NCBI GenBank assembly: GCA_050011565.1
Contig: JBEKIW010000001.1
Location: 512,001 to 576,000 of the forward strand
DNA: 64,000 bases
Source of the DNA: Dehalococcoidia bacterium
GTDB lineage: Bacteria; Chloroflexota; Dehalococcoidia; GIF9; UBA5629
Direction of reading: 5' to 3'
Shown: one piece after another, positions 1 through 10,459 of the stretch
Layout of the letters: every line of letters begins with the position of its first letter
Position numbering within the stretch: position 1 is the first letter of the stretch
Translations under genes and position numbers: made by a program
Notes under the pieces: generated by a model
Seen by the model: only the letters and a program-made list of their open reading frames with translations
Databases searched by the model: none
What the model was told of the DNA's origin: nothing

Positions 1-203
1 GGCAGCTTTATCGGCCATCCGAAGAAACCAGGCGGCGCAATGATGGAACCGTGACTCGATTTCTCGGCGAATTTTTCGTCCCAGTAAAATGGATTCGGGT
101 CATCCACGGCATCGGCAAATCTCTTAATAGACCCCTTCTCCACCTCGCAGGCCACAGTGCCGATGCTTTTCCCGATGAATTTGGTTACCTCGTCAGGCAG
201 CAT
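1..203 (-). CDS. MaoC/FAS1-like dehydratase N-terminal domain protein (partial, runs off window start)
   Basis: Manual translation from ATG at 203: MLPDEVTKFIGKSIG...EVEKGSIKRFADAVDDPNPFYWDEKFAEKSSHGSIIAPPGF, matching the hotdog-fold MaoC_dehydrat_N pattern; GGAGGTG RBS upstream. Not in the ORF track. Confidence 0.85.
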   Translation of the reverse strand, partial: MLPDEVTKFIGKSIGTVACEVEKGSIKRFADAVDDPNPFYWDEKFAEKSSHGSIIAPPGFFGWPIKL

Positions 204-412
204 GTTACACCTCCCTTTTGGAAACTGGAAACCGCAGTAATTTTATGTTTGTAGCTGCCTATTGTCAAAGGTTTTATTAATTTTTCCAGGCTCATATACT
301 TGGTGCAAATGTATGTTGCGCTAGAATATTATGGTGCACCGCCTATTTATCCCATCCATTGTCGTTAACGGGACCGGTTTCGAGAATTTTTGACAGAAAG
401 CCTTCGGACCTA

Positions 413-441
413 TTGACAAGGTGTTCGCTTTATGATATTCT
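413..441 (+). promoter_or_regulatory. sigma70-type promoter of tetR
   Basis: TTGACA (413-418), 17-nt spacer, TG-n-TATTCT (436-441). Confidence 0.7.
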
Positions 442-446
442 CGATA

Positions 447-475
447 AACCGATTGGTCTAGACCGAGCGTTCACT
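447..475. promoter_or_regulatory. Putative TetR operator
   Basis: Perfect palindrome GGTCTAGACC (455-464) flanked by ACCGATTGGT and GACCGAGCGTTC, directly after the -10 box of the tetR promoter. Confidence 0.55.
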
Positions 476-499
476 CTATAATATTAATTTATTATTAAC

Positions 500-1123
500 A
501 TGCCCACTTCTATAAGAACCTATAGCCAAGATAAGGACTTGGTGAATCTTCGCAGAGAGAAAATTGCGCGATCTGCAACTATGCTTTTTGTCAAGAAGGG
601 ATATGATAAATCAAATATCCGCGAAATTGCCAGGGTTTGCGGCATGAGCATCGGCACTCTTTACCACTATGTCGGATCAAAATACGACATTCTCAGCCTG
701 GTTTTTGATTATGTCATGTCTCGTGAGGCACAGTTTGGCGAGATTGTATCCAGCTTTAACACTCTCCCTCCAACTGAAGCCCTCCAAAAGGCCATAGAAG
801 TTTACTATCGGAATATCCACGAAATTCAAGACATGGTTCTCCTTGGGTATCAAGAATCAAAGAGCTTGCAGCGAGAGGTTCGGGAACGTACTTTTGAACA
901 AGAGAAAAGTATTAACAGCGAGTTTGAGAAGATATTAGCTAGGGGGTGCGAGACTGGGGAGTTTAAGGTGAGTGATATTACTCTGGCTGCGAATAACATA
1001 AGGGTTATCGGCGATACTTGGGCCTTTAACCGCTGGTTATTGGCAAAACGCTATACCATAGAAGAGTACATAAGAGAACAGACCAATCTTATTCTGGATG
1101 GAATACGTTCTCACAGCCGATAG
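500..1123 (+). CDS. TetR/AcrR family transcriptional regulator
   Basis: N-terminal HTH: LFVKKGYDKSNIREIARVCGMSIGTLYHYVGSK. Confidence 0.93.
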   Translation: MPTSIRTYSQDKDLVNLRREKIARSATMLFVKKGYDKSNIREIARVCGMSIGTLYHYVGSKYDILSLVFDYVMSREAQFGEIVSSFNTLPPTEALQKAIEVYYRNIHEIQDMVLLGYQESKSLQREVRERTFEQEKSINSEFEKILARGCETGEFKVSDITLAANNIRVIGDTWAFNRWLLAKRYTIEEYIREQTNLILDGIRSHSR

Positions 1124-1203
1124 CGTAAACGAAGAAGACTCAGAGGGCATAGGCCGTTTACAAATCCGCTCCAAAACTAGCAGAAGTGGAGGAAGGAGCT
1201 AAA

Positions 1204-2817
1204 ATGAACTTTGAGACGAGCGATAAAAATGTGCTTGGTCAGCTGCTAGATGAAAAGGCCGAAAGAAGCAAGGATAAGCCCTTTCTATATTTTGAAGATG
1301 AGAAGATAACCTGCAAAGAAATACGTGAGAGAGTAAATAAGGTTGCAAACGGTTTTGTCCGAATGGGCATTAAGAAAGATGATAAAGTTGCAATCATAAT
1401 GGAGAATTGCCCAGAGTACGTCTATACATGGTTTGCTCTCTCGAAGATTGGTGCTATTGAGGTCCCAATTAACACCTTCCATAAAGGCAGTATTCTTGAA
1501 TATCTAATCAACTATTCCGATGCTGAGACTTTGGTTATAAGTGACAGTGTCATCCCACAGATTAAAGCAATAGAAGACAGTCTGGAAAATATTAAAAAAG
1601 TGATAGTTCACGGATCTACTCGGGAAGCGAGAACTCTGCGCTTCGCTACAGAATCATATCAAACTTTGCTCGATAATCCTTCGTCTTTTCCTCCAATGGA
1701 TGTTCGCCACAACGACTTGATGGCAATCATGTTTACATCCGGGACCACAGGACCATCCAAAGGGGTTATGATAACACACAATCAGGCAATCTTTGTTGCG
1801 AGCCAGTACGTTGACTTTCTTAAATTAAGTGGTGATGACCTCTTCTATCATTATATCCCCTTGTTTCACGAGGCTGGTCAATTTGCAGGGGTGATGGCAC
1901 CCCTGCTTGCCGATATTGCTATAGTATTGAAGAAGGGATTCAGCGCAACCGGCTTTTGGGATGACATTAGAAAATATGGTTGTACTATTTCAGGCATGTT
2001 CGAGGCAGTTCTAAACATACTGTATAAAGCGCCCGAAACGGATGACGATACCAACAATCCTTTGAGGGTATGTGCAACCGCACATATCCCTCCTGACATT
2101 CATGAGCCATTTGAAAAGAGGTTCGGAGTTAGACTGGTCAATGTTTACGGGATGACTGAAGGTGATTGTACGGTGAGCGCAACATACGACGATATCAAGA
2201 TAGGTTCTTTTGGTAAGCCAAGAGGTTATTTTGATGCGAGAATCTTTGATACAGATGATAGGGAGCTTCCATCAAATAAGGTGGGTGAGCTTGCTTTACG
2301 CCCTCTTCAGCCGCACATCATGTTTGAAGGGTACTACAAGATGCCCGAGAACACTTTGGCAACATTCAGAAATCTATGGTGGCATACCGGCGACCTGGCA
2401 TATAAGGATGATGAGGGATATTTCTACTTTTTCGGTAGAGAAAAGGATATGATCAGAAGAGGAGGAGAAAACATCTCTGCCCTCGAGGTTGAAGGGGTGG
2501 TTATGTCACACCCAGATGTAAAGGAATGTGCAGCTGTAGCAGTGGAATCGGACATTTGGGGCGAGGAAGTCAAGATAGTTGTGATACCGAAAGAAGCAAG
2601 GCAAATTAAACCTGAGGAGCTTGTGGCTTACTGTGATGAAAGAATGGCTTACTTTATGGTTCCAAGATATATTGAATTTATAGAAGATTTTCCTAGAACA
2701 GGGGCCAGCCAAAGACCTATAAAAGGTTTGCTTAAAAATATCACGCCAACGACATGGGATAGAGTACGAGCGGGGGTTAAAATTACAAGAGAAAGGGAGA
2801 AGGGAAAGAAAAAGTGA
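1204..2817 (+). CDS. AMP-forming acyl-CoA ligase (CaiC/crotonobetaine-CoA ligase-like)
   Basis: FTSGTTGPSKG, YGMTE, WWHTGD, RRGGENIS motifs; ATG 1204 follows a GGAAGGAG RBS. Confidence 0.92.
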   Translation: MNFETSDKNVLGQLLDEKAERSKDKPFLYFEDEKITCKEIRERVNKVANGFVRMGIKKDDKVAIIMENCPEYVYTWFALSKIGAIEVPINTFHKGSILEYLINYSDAETLVISDSVIPQIKAIEDSLENIKKVIVHGSTREARTLRFATESYQTLLDNPSSFPPMDVRHNDLMAIMFTSGTTGPSKGVMITHNQAIFVASQYVDFLKLSGDDLFYHYIPLFHEAGQFAGVMAPLLADIAIVLKKGFSATGFWDDIRKYGCTISGMFEAVLNILYKAPETDDDTNNPLRVCATAHIPPDIHEPFEKRFGVRLVNVYGMTEGDCTVSATYDDIKIGSFGKPRGYFDARIFDTDDRELPSNKVGELALRPLQPHIMFEGYYKMPENTLATFRNLWWHTGDLAYKDDEGYFYFFGREKDMIRRGGENISALEVEGVVMSHPDVKECAAVAVESDIWGEEVKIVVIPKEARQIKPEELVAYCDERMAYFMVPRYIEFIEDFPRTGASQRPIKGLLKNITPTTWDRVRAGVKITREREKGKKK

Positions 2818-2962
2818 GTCAGTGATATGACTGAATGTTCCTGGGAAAGAAATGTTCAGATATGGGTAGCGCGTTCCAGAATAACACATACTGAAAAAAG
2901 TTACTTTTTGTCAGGGCTATAGGGCAAGCAACACAAAAATATGTTCAGCTAAGGAGGGTGAA

Positions 2963-4114
2963 ATGAAGGCACTTATATTAGGTGGCTGTGGAGTTATGGG
3001 CTCATCGGTCGCTCGAGATCTTATTAAGAGCGATGATATTACGGAAGTTATCCTTGCTGATAGGAGGATAGACATGGCTAAGATGCATAAATCTCTCCAA
3101 AACAGCAAAAAGGTGTCGACACAAACTATAGACGTGGCTGAGTTCAAAGCCTTAGTAAGATTAATAAAGGGGAACGATGTTGTCATCAACTGTGTAGGCC
3201 CATTCTACAAATATGCTATCTCGATTATGAAGGCTACCATAGAAGCAGGTGTCAACTATCTTGATATCATGGATGATTATGACACCACTATTGCTGCTTT
3301 TAAAGAGATGGATCAGCCAGCTAGGAAGGCGGGATTATCTCTTTGCATCGGCTTCGGCAGCAGTCCTGGCTTTGGCAACATAATCGTGAAATACGCTGCT
3401 GATAAACTTGATGAGGTGGATGAGGTTCGTATATTGTGGCTAGGTGCAATAAATGATCCCTCGGGCACAGGAGCGATGGCACATGCTTTCCATTGTCTTA
3501 AAGGCGAGCACCCGCAATACTTAGATGGCAAACTGGTAAATGTCGCTGGATTCGATGGTGAAGAAGAATTTGACTTCGGAGAGCCATACGGTAAGTGTCC
3601 TGTTTATTACTTCGGACATCCTGAGCCAATAACAATTCCCCGCTACATAAAGGGAGTAAAGACGGTGGTTAATAAGGGAGGCTTCCTTCCACTATGGTTC
3701 AATCAACTGATCAAGGAATTAATCGCGCGTGGTTTTGCTGAAGACGAACCTATACTGGTGGGCAGTGCTTCGGTAGTGCCTATAGATTTCGTGACTTCAA
3801 TAATAGGACAATCACCCATCCTTAGAAAGCAGGTGGAGGCATACACAACGGCACCATTTAGTGCTGTTATCAAGGGCAAGGAAGGAAATAAGAATGTAAC
3901 TTATGTCTATAGTTCAGGTGGCGGGGCAATGGCCCCGGGGACTGCAATTCCAGCCTCGATCTGCGCGCAAATGCTAGCCCGCGGCGATATTAAGGTAAAA
4001 GGAGTTGTAGCTCCAGAAGGTTGTATTGACCCTAATGCTTTCTTTAGAGAGTTTGCTAGGAGGGGATTCCGTCTCAGTGAGACAAAGACAGTGACAGAGG
4101 AGATTAAATTTTGA
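2963..4114 (+). CDS. Saccharopine dehydrogenase/lysine 6-dehydrogenase family oxidoreductase (paralogue 1)
   Basis: GGCGVMG Rossmann motif, NCVGPFY, YLDIMDD, GSSPG, GHPEPITIP. Confidence 0.9.
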   Translation: MKALILGGCGVMGSSVARDLIKSDDITEVILADRRIDMAKMHKSLQNSKKVSTQTIDVAEFKALVRLIKGNDVVINCVGPFYKYAISIMKATIEAGVNYLDIMDDYDTTIAAFKEMDQPARKAGLSLCIGFGSSPGFGNIIVKYAADKLDEVDEVRILWLGAINDPSGTGAMAHAFHCLKGEHPQYLDGKLVNVAGFDGEEEFDFGEPYGKCPVYYFGHPEPITIPRYIKGVKTVVNKGGFLPLWFNQLIKELIARGFAEDEPILVGSASVVPIDFVTSIIGQSPILRKQVEAYTTAPFSAVIKGKEGNKNVTYVYSSGGGAMAPGTAIPASICAQMLARGDIKVKGVVAPEGCIDPNAFFREFARRGFRLSETKTVTEEIKF

Positions 4115-4413
4115 TTAATGGACTATTTAGAAAGTAGATAGGGATAGGAGCAGATTTTTAAGGGGAATCCATGAAGCTGGCAAGAGCAAAATAGATTTTA
4201 GTGAGAGTTAATATAAGAGGAACGTTAGGTCTAGACTCAGACCTGTAACAAAACTAAACAGTCTAAGTAAGAAAAGGTGGGCAGAATCAAGAGTACAAAT
4301 TTAAGGTATATAGGCACTGAGGGCTTTACTGAAAGAAGAAAATTGATCTAGTCAGGTATACAAGAACTAAAAGGGCAAGCGGGGCAGAAATATATTTAGC
4401 CAAGGAGGGTGAA

Positions 4414-5559
4414 ATGAAGGCGCTTGTATTAGGTGGCTGTGGAGTTATGGGCTCATCGGTCGCCAGGGATCTTATCAAGAGCGATATCGTTAAACAAGTC
4501 ATCCTTGCTGACAAGAAGATAGACATGGCTAAGGTGCATGAATCTGTCCGAAACTCCAAGAAAATATCTACACAAACACTCGATGTCACTAATTTTGACG
4601 CATTAGTTAAGGCGATAAGTGGAAATGATGTCGTTATCAATACAGTTGGACCATTCTATAAGTTCAGCACTCAAATCATTAAGGCCGCAATAAGGGCATG
4701 TACAAATTACATTGATATTTGTGATGACTATGATGCAACTAAAGACGCTCTCGCCCTTAATGAATCAGCGATAGAAGCGGGGATCTCTATTTGCATCGGT
4801 TTTGGTGCTGGTCCCGGTGTTAGTAATTTGTTAGCCAAGTATGCTGCTGATAAATTAGACACAGTAGATGAGATTAAGTTTTTTTGGGCGGCCGGACTTA
4901 ATGATCCCGTTGGTTTTAGTGCGTTACTCCACGGAATGCACATGTTTACTGGATTAGTGCCCCAATTCCTAGATGGCAAGCTAGTAAATGTGCCTGCTGG
5001 GTCTGGTGGCGAAGAGGTTGAGTTTGTAGAGCCAACTGGTAAAGCTGAAGTCTATTATGTTGGGCACCCAGAGCCAATAACCTTACCACGCTACATAAAG
5101 GGAGTAAAAACTGTCATTAACAAAGGCGGCGTGCTACCAACGTGGGCAAGCAAAATGATCATGGAATGGGTTGATCGGGGATTCCTTGACCCAGAGCCAC
5201 TCAAGATAGGCGACGTGCCAGTATCACCTCAGGATTTTATGGTGATTATTCTAAAGTCCGCGCCAAAATTTAGGAAGCAAGTGGAAAACTATACAGACGC
5301 GCCAAGCATTATCCTCGTCAAAGGTAAAAAAGGGGATAAAAGCATAACCTACAGTTATAGTTCTGGCGGCCGTCAGGCTGCAGGTACGGGCATTGCATGC
5401 TCAATAGCCTCACAAATGCTTTATCGAGGGGATGTAAAGATAAAAGGTGTGGTGGCACCGGAAGGTGCTTTGGATCCCAAGGCTTATTTTGCCGAGTTCG
5501 CCAAGAGAGGTATGAGGGTTTTCGAGGAAAAGACAGTAGTTGAGGAGGTTAAGTTCTAA
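4414..5559 (+). CDS. Saccharopine dehydrogenase family oxidoreductase (paralogue 2)
   Basis: Same motifs; N-terminus nearly identical to paralogue 1. Confidence 0.9.
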   Translation: MKALVLGGCGVMGSSVARDLIKSDIVKQVILADKKIDMAKVHESVRNSKKISTQTLDVTNFDALVKAISGNDVVINTVGPFYKFSTQIIKAAIRACTNYIDICDDYDATKDALALNESAIEAGISICIGFGAGPGVSNLLAKYAADKLDTVDEIKFFWAAGLNDPVGFSALLHGMHMFTGLVPQFLDGKLVNVPAGSGGEEVEFVEPTGKAEVYYVGHPEPITLPRYIKGVKTVINKGGVLPTWASKMIMEWVDRGFLDPEPLKIGDVPVSPQDFMVIILKSAPKFRKQVENYTDAPSIILVKGKKGDKSITYSYSSGGRQAAGTGIACSIASQMLYRGDVKIKGVVAPEGALDPKAYFAEFAKRGMRVFEEKTVVEEVKF

Positions 5560-5749
5560 TTAGAGAGCCCCAGATGCGGGGAATCTTGAAAATCGATAAA
5601 GACAAAGATCAAGAAGGCTATCTATAAACAAGAAGTAAGGGTTCATGATTTCTAAGTGATTGCTACAAATGAAGAGGAGGAGAAACATATGGTGGAGTGA
5701 AAACATAGACCGTTCACTAACTTAATACAAAGAAGGGGGTAAAGTAAGT

Positions 5750-7576
5750 ATGAAAGAAACTAAAAAACGAACGCGGAAAGTAGCTACGCGAATAGAGCCT
5801 TATTTAATGGCACTGCTTGCGCGGAGATTCGAAGTCATCAACAAAGAAATGACCAATACTCTTTTACGTACAGCACGATCGGCTGTTTTAAATATAGCCA
5901 GGGATTTTTCCTGTGCCATAACCGACAAAGACGCCCGGCTTGTTAGCGTAGCGGAAGGCCTTCCAGTCCATACCGGGACCTCTCACATGATCGCAGAGCC
6001 AGTATTAGAGCTGCATAAGCATGAACTGAAGCCAGGTGACTGCTACTTTAATAACAGTGCCTACTACGGCGGGACTCACCTAGCCGATTTCACTCTTGCT
6101 GTACCGGTCTTTTACAAGAATAAACTAACTTTTATCACCGTGAATAGGGCACACCAGGCAGATTGTGGACATCCCGTACCGACCACTTATAGTTATTTTG
6201 CCAAAGATGTATATGAAGAGGGGCCTCACCTCCCTTGTGTAAAGATACAGCAAGACTATAAGGACGTAGAAGATATTATTCGGATCCTAAAGACGAATAT
6301 TCGTGCATCCGATGTATGGTACGGTGATTATCTAGCCCAACTTGGTGCTGTTAGGATTGGAGAGAGAAGAATAATAGAGCTCTGTGAAAAATATGGCCTT
6401 GATATCATAATGGCATTTTCCGATGAGTGGCAAGAGTATGGCAAGCGCAGGATGATTGAGGCGATTAGAAAGCTGCCTAAAATAACCGCCGCCGGCGAAG
6501 ACTGGCACGACCCTATTCCCCTAGTAGCAAACGAAGGTTTTCCAATAAGGGCAAAGGTTAGCGTGGATCCCGATGAAGGCTATATAACCATTGACCTAAT
6601 AGATAACATCGACAACCTTCCTGGTGGTGTCAATCTGAGTGAGGCAACAGTTACTGCTGGTGCGCTGTCAGGAGTATATTATGTACTCGACCCCACCCTA
6701 CCGCATAACGAGGGTGCCAATAGTAGGGTAAAAATCCTAACCCGCGAAGGTGCCTGCATAGGCAGGCCTAAATTTCCCGCTGGGACAGGCGTGGCAACAA
6801 CCGATGCATATGATCGGCTTGTACTCCTCATTGCTAGACTACTTACTGAAGCACTGGGATATCCCTACGGAACAGCCCAAGGTGCCACCGGCATGAATGG
6901 GGCTCCTGTTGTTTCTGGAACGGACTTCCGCCGGGGTAATAAACTCTATGTTAACCAAATGATCCCACAACTGATTATGGGTGGAGGAGGTCATTATGGG
7001 GCAGATGGATGGGTGACCTATGCACTCCCAGGGGTGTCAGGGATGATGACATCTGGTTCCATTGAGATCCTCGAGCAACTCTACCCTATTAAATATGATA
7101 TGTGCCAAGTTGCGACTGACTCATTTGGCGCTGGTCAGTGGGACGGTGGGCCATCTATGGAAGTGGCCCTAGGGCCCAGGAAAGACCCGGCAATTGTTGT
7201 GAGCGTCAGTGATACCAACAAGTTCCCAGTGAAGGGCGTTCTAGGTGGCCAAGATGCTCCGCTATCTCGGAATCAAAAATATAGCATCGAGAAACCGGCA
7301 GAAAAGACTGATGTAACTCCCACTGGGGTTGAGATGCTACAACCTAACGAGAGGATATATTATTGGAAGAGCGGTGGTGCTGGCTATGGCGACCCATTGG
7401 AACGTGATCCTGAGTATGTAAGACACAGGGCTAGAGAAGAATGGATAAGTTTAGAGAAGGCGAGGGATGTATACGGAGTAGTGCTCGACACCAAACCTGA
7501 GAAATATGCCGTAGCCTATGAGGAGACAAGAAAGGTTCGCGAACAGTTAAGAAAGGAAAGGGGGGAGAAAAAATGA
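5750..7576 (+). CDS. Hydantoinase B/oxoprolinase family subunit
   Basis: RTARS..ARDFSCAI, GGTHLAD, AHQADCG, GGAGYGDPLER motifs. Confidence 0.92.
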   Translation: MKETKKRTRKVATRIEPYLMALLARRFEVINKEMTNTLLRTARSAVLNIARDFSCAITDKDARLVSVAEGLPVHTGTSHMIAEPVLELHKHELKPGDCYFNNSAYYGGTHLADFTLAVPVFYKNKLTFITVNRAHQADCGHPVPTTYSYFAKDVYEEGPHLPCVKIQQDYKDVEDIIRILKTNIRASDVWYGDYLAQLGAVRIGERRIIELCEKYGLDIIMAFSDEWQEYGKRRMIEAIRKLPKITAAGEDWHDPIPLVANEGFPIRAKVSVDPDEGYITIDLIDNIDNLPGGVNLSEATVTAGALSGVYYVLDPTLPHNEGANSRVKILTREGACIGRPKFPAGTGVATTDAYDRLVLLIARLLTEALGYPYGTAQGATGMNGAPVVSGTDFRRGNKLYVNQMIPQLIMGGGGHYGADGWVTYALPGVSGMMTSGSIEILEQLYPIKYDMCQVATDSFGAGQWDGGPSMEVALGPRKDPAIVVSVSDTNKFPVKGVLGGQDAPLSRNQKYSIEKPAEKTDVTPTGVEMLQPNERIYYWKSGGAGYGDPLERDPEYVRHRAREEWISLEKARDVYGVVLDTKPEKYAVAYEETRKVREQLRKERGEKK

Positions 7577-9642
7577 CTTATCGGGCTAGCATTGACGTAG
7601 GTGGAACTTTTACTGACCTAGTTTTTACTGATGAAAATGGGGAGCTGGCGGTGTTTAAAGCGTCAACAACGCCACGGGAAACCTGGAAAGGAATGCTTGA
7701 TGCTCTGGAGTTAGCTGGCAAATATTACCAAATGCCGCTGAGTAAACTTTTAGCAGAGACCGCCGCAATTACTTACAGTGGAACAACTGGTACTAACGCC
7801 ATTATTACAGGTACGGGAGCTAAAGTTGGTCTTATATGTACTAGAGGTTTTAGAGACATACTCCTTGCGAGGGAAGCGCCAAGGAAGGAGTCTGCTTACG
7901 ATTGGCCGCCGTTTCCCGAGCCCTACGTTCCCCGATATTTGACCTTGCCAGTAACTGAGAGAATAAATGCTGAAGGCGGTATAGACGTACCTCTTAAAGA
8001 GGACGAAGTCCGCCATGGGGTACGCCAATTTAAGGAATGGAAAGTAGAGGCAATAGCGGTATCGCTTTTATGGTCTATTACCAATCCTATACACGAGGAG
8101 AGGATCGGAGAGATCATCAAAGAAGAACTGCCCGGAATACCCTACGTTTTATCGCATGAATTGAATCCGATCATCCGCGAATATAGGCGAATGATCTCAG
8201 CTGCTATTGATGCTTCGTTGCACCCCATATTAGTGAAAGATATTGATCAGCTCGGCAGGCAGTTGAAGGAAAAGGGGTTTAAAGGAAATCTGCTGGTAGG
8301 TACTGCAAGCGGTGGCGTACTAACACCGGAGGAGGCTTGTAGCCGGCCCATCTATACCATTGGATCGGGTCCAGCGTTAGGTCCTGTTGCAGCTAAATAC
8401 TTCGCCCTAAAAGAAGGAGATAACAATGACGTAATCGTGCTCGATATGGGAGGAACTAGCTTTGATGTCAGTATAGTGACAAAGGGCACTATTGTTGTGA
8501 CAAGGGAGACAATGGTAAAGGATGAAGTATTACCCATAAGTAGGGTAGACGCGAGAAGTGTCGGAAGCGGAGGTGGTAGCATAGCTTGGATCGATCCAGG
8601 AAAGCTCGTGCATGTCGGTCCACAAAGCAGTGGGGCCGAGCCCGGTCCGGCCTGTTACATGAGGGGTGGCAAAGAAGCAACAGTAAGTGATGCCAACCTC
8701 GTCCTTGGTTATCTTGACCCTGATTATTTTCTTGGTGGTAGAATGAAATTAAGTCCTCAGTTGGCACAGGAGTTCATTCAGGGCAAGGTTGCTAAGCCAC
8801 TTAGCTTGGAAGTGCCCGAAGCAGCCTTCACAATTTTTAGCACAGTGACCCACTCTATGATCGCTGCGATACGTGATATAACTATATGGCAAGGCATTGA
8901 TCCCCGGGAGTATCTTATAGTTAGCGGAGGTGGGGCCACTGGCATGCACATCGTGCCCATGGCCCAGGAGCTCGGTGTGAAGCAGGTCCTAATACCTAAA
9001 GTTGCGGGGACACTCAGTGCTCTCGGGGGCCTGGTAGCTGATATAACTACCGAATATAGTGCCAGCTATTTCACGAGCAGCGATCAGTTCGATTATGAGG
9101 CGGCTAACAGTGTATTGGAGTCTCTCCAAAAAAAAGGTGAGGCATTTTTAGCGATGTCTAAAGGGACTTCCCGAGAAGGTAGACTCGAATATTTTGTGGA
9201 GGCGAGATATCCGTACGAAGTATGGGAGCTCTCCATCCCGCTTAGAAGCAATCGAATTAAAGGAGAAAAGGAGCTGGCAAAGCTAATCGAAGACTTCCAT
9301 AATACACACGAAAGGATTTTCGCTGTCAAAGAACCTGGGCAATCTATCGAGTGCATAATCTGGAGAGTAGTAGCAACGACTAAGATAGCACAGATAAAAG
9401 CAAAGGAAATGGCAGCTGGTGGCAAAGATCCATCAGCCGCAATGATTGGCAAGAGAGATGCCTATTTCAAAGACATAGGAGGCTTTGTGAAAACGCCCGT
9501 TTATAGAGGTGACAAGCTAACGAATGGGAATAAGATTGCTGCGCCAGCAATAATTGAGGAGCCTACAACAACGATAGTTCTGTTCCCCGGCTCTAAAGCG
9601 ACCATTACTAGATTCGGCAACTATCTCATTGATGTAGGTTAA
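7573..9642 (+). CDS. Hydantoinase A/oxoprolinase family ATP-binding subunit
   Basis: IDVGGTFTD, SGPALG, DMGGTSFD, GSGGGSIA, GAEPGPACY; 4-bp overlap with the B subunit. Confidence 0.93.
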   Translation: MTYRASIDVGGTFTDLVFTDENGELAVFKASTTPRETWKGMLDALELAGKYYQMPLSKLLAETAAITYSGTTGTNAIITGTGAKVGLICTRGFRDILLAREAPRKESAYDWPPFPEPYVPRYLTLPVTERINAEGGIDVPLKEDEVRHGVRQFKEWKVEAIAVSLLWSITNPIHEERIGEIIKEELPGIPYVLSHELNPIIREYRRMISAAIDASLHPILVKDIDQLGRQLKEKGFKGNLLVGTASGGVLTPEEACSRPIYTIGSGPALGPVAAKYFALKEGDNNDVIVLDMGGTSFDVSIVTKGTIVVTRETMVKDEVLPISRVDARSVGSGGGSIAWIDPGKLVHVGPQSSGAEPGPACYMRGGKEATVSDANLVLGYLDPDYFLGGRMKLSPQLAQEFIQGKVAKPLSLEVPEAAFTIFSTVTHSMIAAIRDITIWQGIDPREYLIVSGGGATGMHIVPMAQELGVKQVLIPKVAGTLSALGGLVADITTEYSASYFTSSDQFDYEAANSVLESLQKKGEAFLAMSKGTSREGRLEYFVEARYPYEVWELSIPLRSNRIKGEKELAKLIEDFHNTHERIFAVKEPGQSIECIIWRVVATTKIAQIKAKEMAAGGKDPSAAMIGKRDAYFKDIGGFVKTPVYRGDKLTNGNKIAAPAIIEEPTTTIVLFPGSKATITRFGNYLIDVG

Positions 9643-9682
9643 TAGGTAAGAGAAGACAATCTCTGAACTATAGAGCAACACG

Positions 9683-10459
9683 TTGATGCTGCAAGTTAGC
9701 AATTTAACCAAACACTTTGGTGGCTTAGCTGCTGTGAACGATCTTTCTTTCGGGGTAGAGAAGGGAGAAATCGTGGGGTTAGTAGGCCCTAATGGGGCTG
9801 GCAAAACTACTGTTTTAAACCTGATTACCGGTTTCTATGAGCCTTCCAAGGGAAATGTAACATTTGAGGGGCGTGACATAACTGGCAAAAAGCCAAGCGC
9901 GATAGCTGCTCTAGGATTAACGCGAAGTTTTCAGTCAAGCGTTCTATTTGATCATCAGACCTGCCTCGAAAATATGCTTATAGCACATCATTTGCAACGA
10001 AAGGCCAACTCTTTCGCCAGAGTATTTGGTACCCGATCCAGCCGAGAAGAGGAGAGGAAAATACGAGGCTTTGCCGAGGAAATCTTGGAGCGCGTGCGCT
10101 TAGTTCAAGTGAACGATCAGCTTGCTGGAAGCTTGCCCTTAGGGTCAAAGCGAGTCTTGGGAATGGCCGTTGTCTTAGCCACTAATCCCAAAATGGTTCT
10201 ATTGGATGAACCAGTAGCTGGCATGGGGCACGCGGAAATCCAAGTTATGAAAAATTTGATTGAGCAGTTAAAGGACGGGGGCCTAACATTTATATTGGTA
10301 GAGCATAATATGAGATTGGTTATGGACATATGCGACAGGATTGTAGTGCTCAATTTCGGCGTAAAACTTGCTGAAGGCACGCCTCGGGAGATAACCAGCA
10401 ACCGACTTGTAATCGATGCTTACACAGGAGGTACAGAGAACAGGGGACATGCTACTTGA
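9683..10459 (+). CDS. livG: Branched-chain amino acid-type ABC transporter ATPase (LivG-like)
   Basis: GPNGAGKTT Walker A, LLDEPVAG, VEHNM. Confidence 0.88.
   Translation: MMLQVSNLTKHFGGLAAVNDLSFGVEKGEIVGLVGPNGAGKTTVLNLITGFYEPSKGNVTFEGRDITGKKPSAIAALGLTRSFQSSVLFDHQTCLENMLIAHHLQRKANSFARVFGTRSSREEERKIRGFAEEILERVRLVQVNDQLAGSLPLGSKRVLGMAVVLATNPKMVLLDEPVAGMGHAEIQVMKNLIEQLKDGGLTFILVEHNMRLVMDICDRIVVLNFGVKLAEGTPREITSNRLVIDAYTGGTENRGHAT

Noticed and set aside
51-254. 67-aa plus-strand ORF and the many short ORFs antisense to long genes
   Set aside because: Shadow frames of well-supported genes on the opposite strand (here the MaoC-like gene)
5686-5700. CATATGGTGGAG resembling the att core
   Set aside because: No flanking arm similarity, and it would split a coherent operon
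7145-7154. GGTGGGCCAT, a 10-bp direct match to the tRNA 3' end, as the island's left att
   Set aside because: Lies inside intact hydantoinase B (DGGPS codons); chance match
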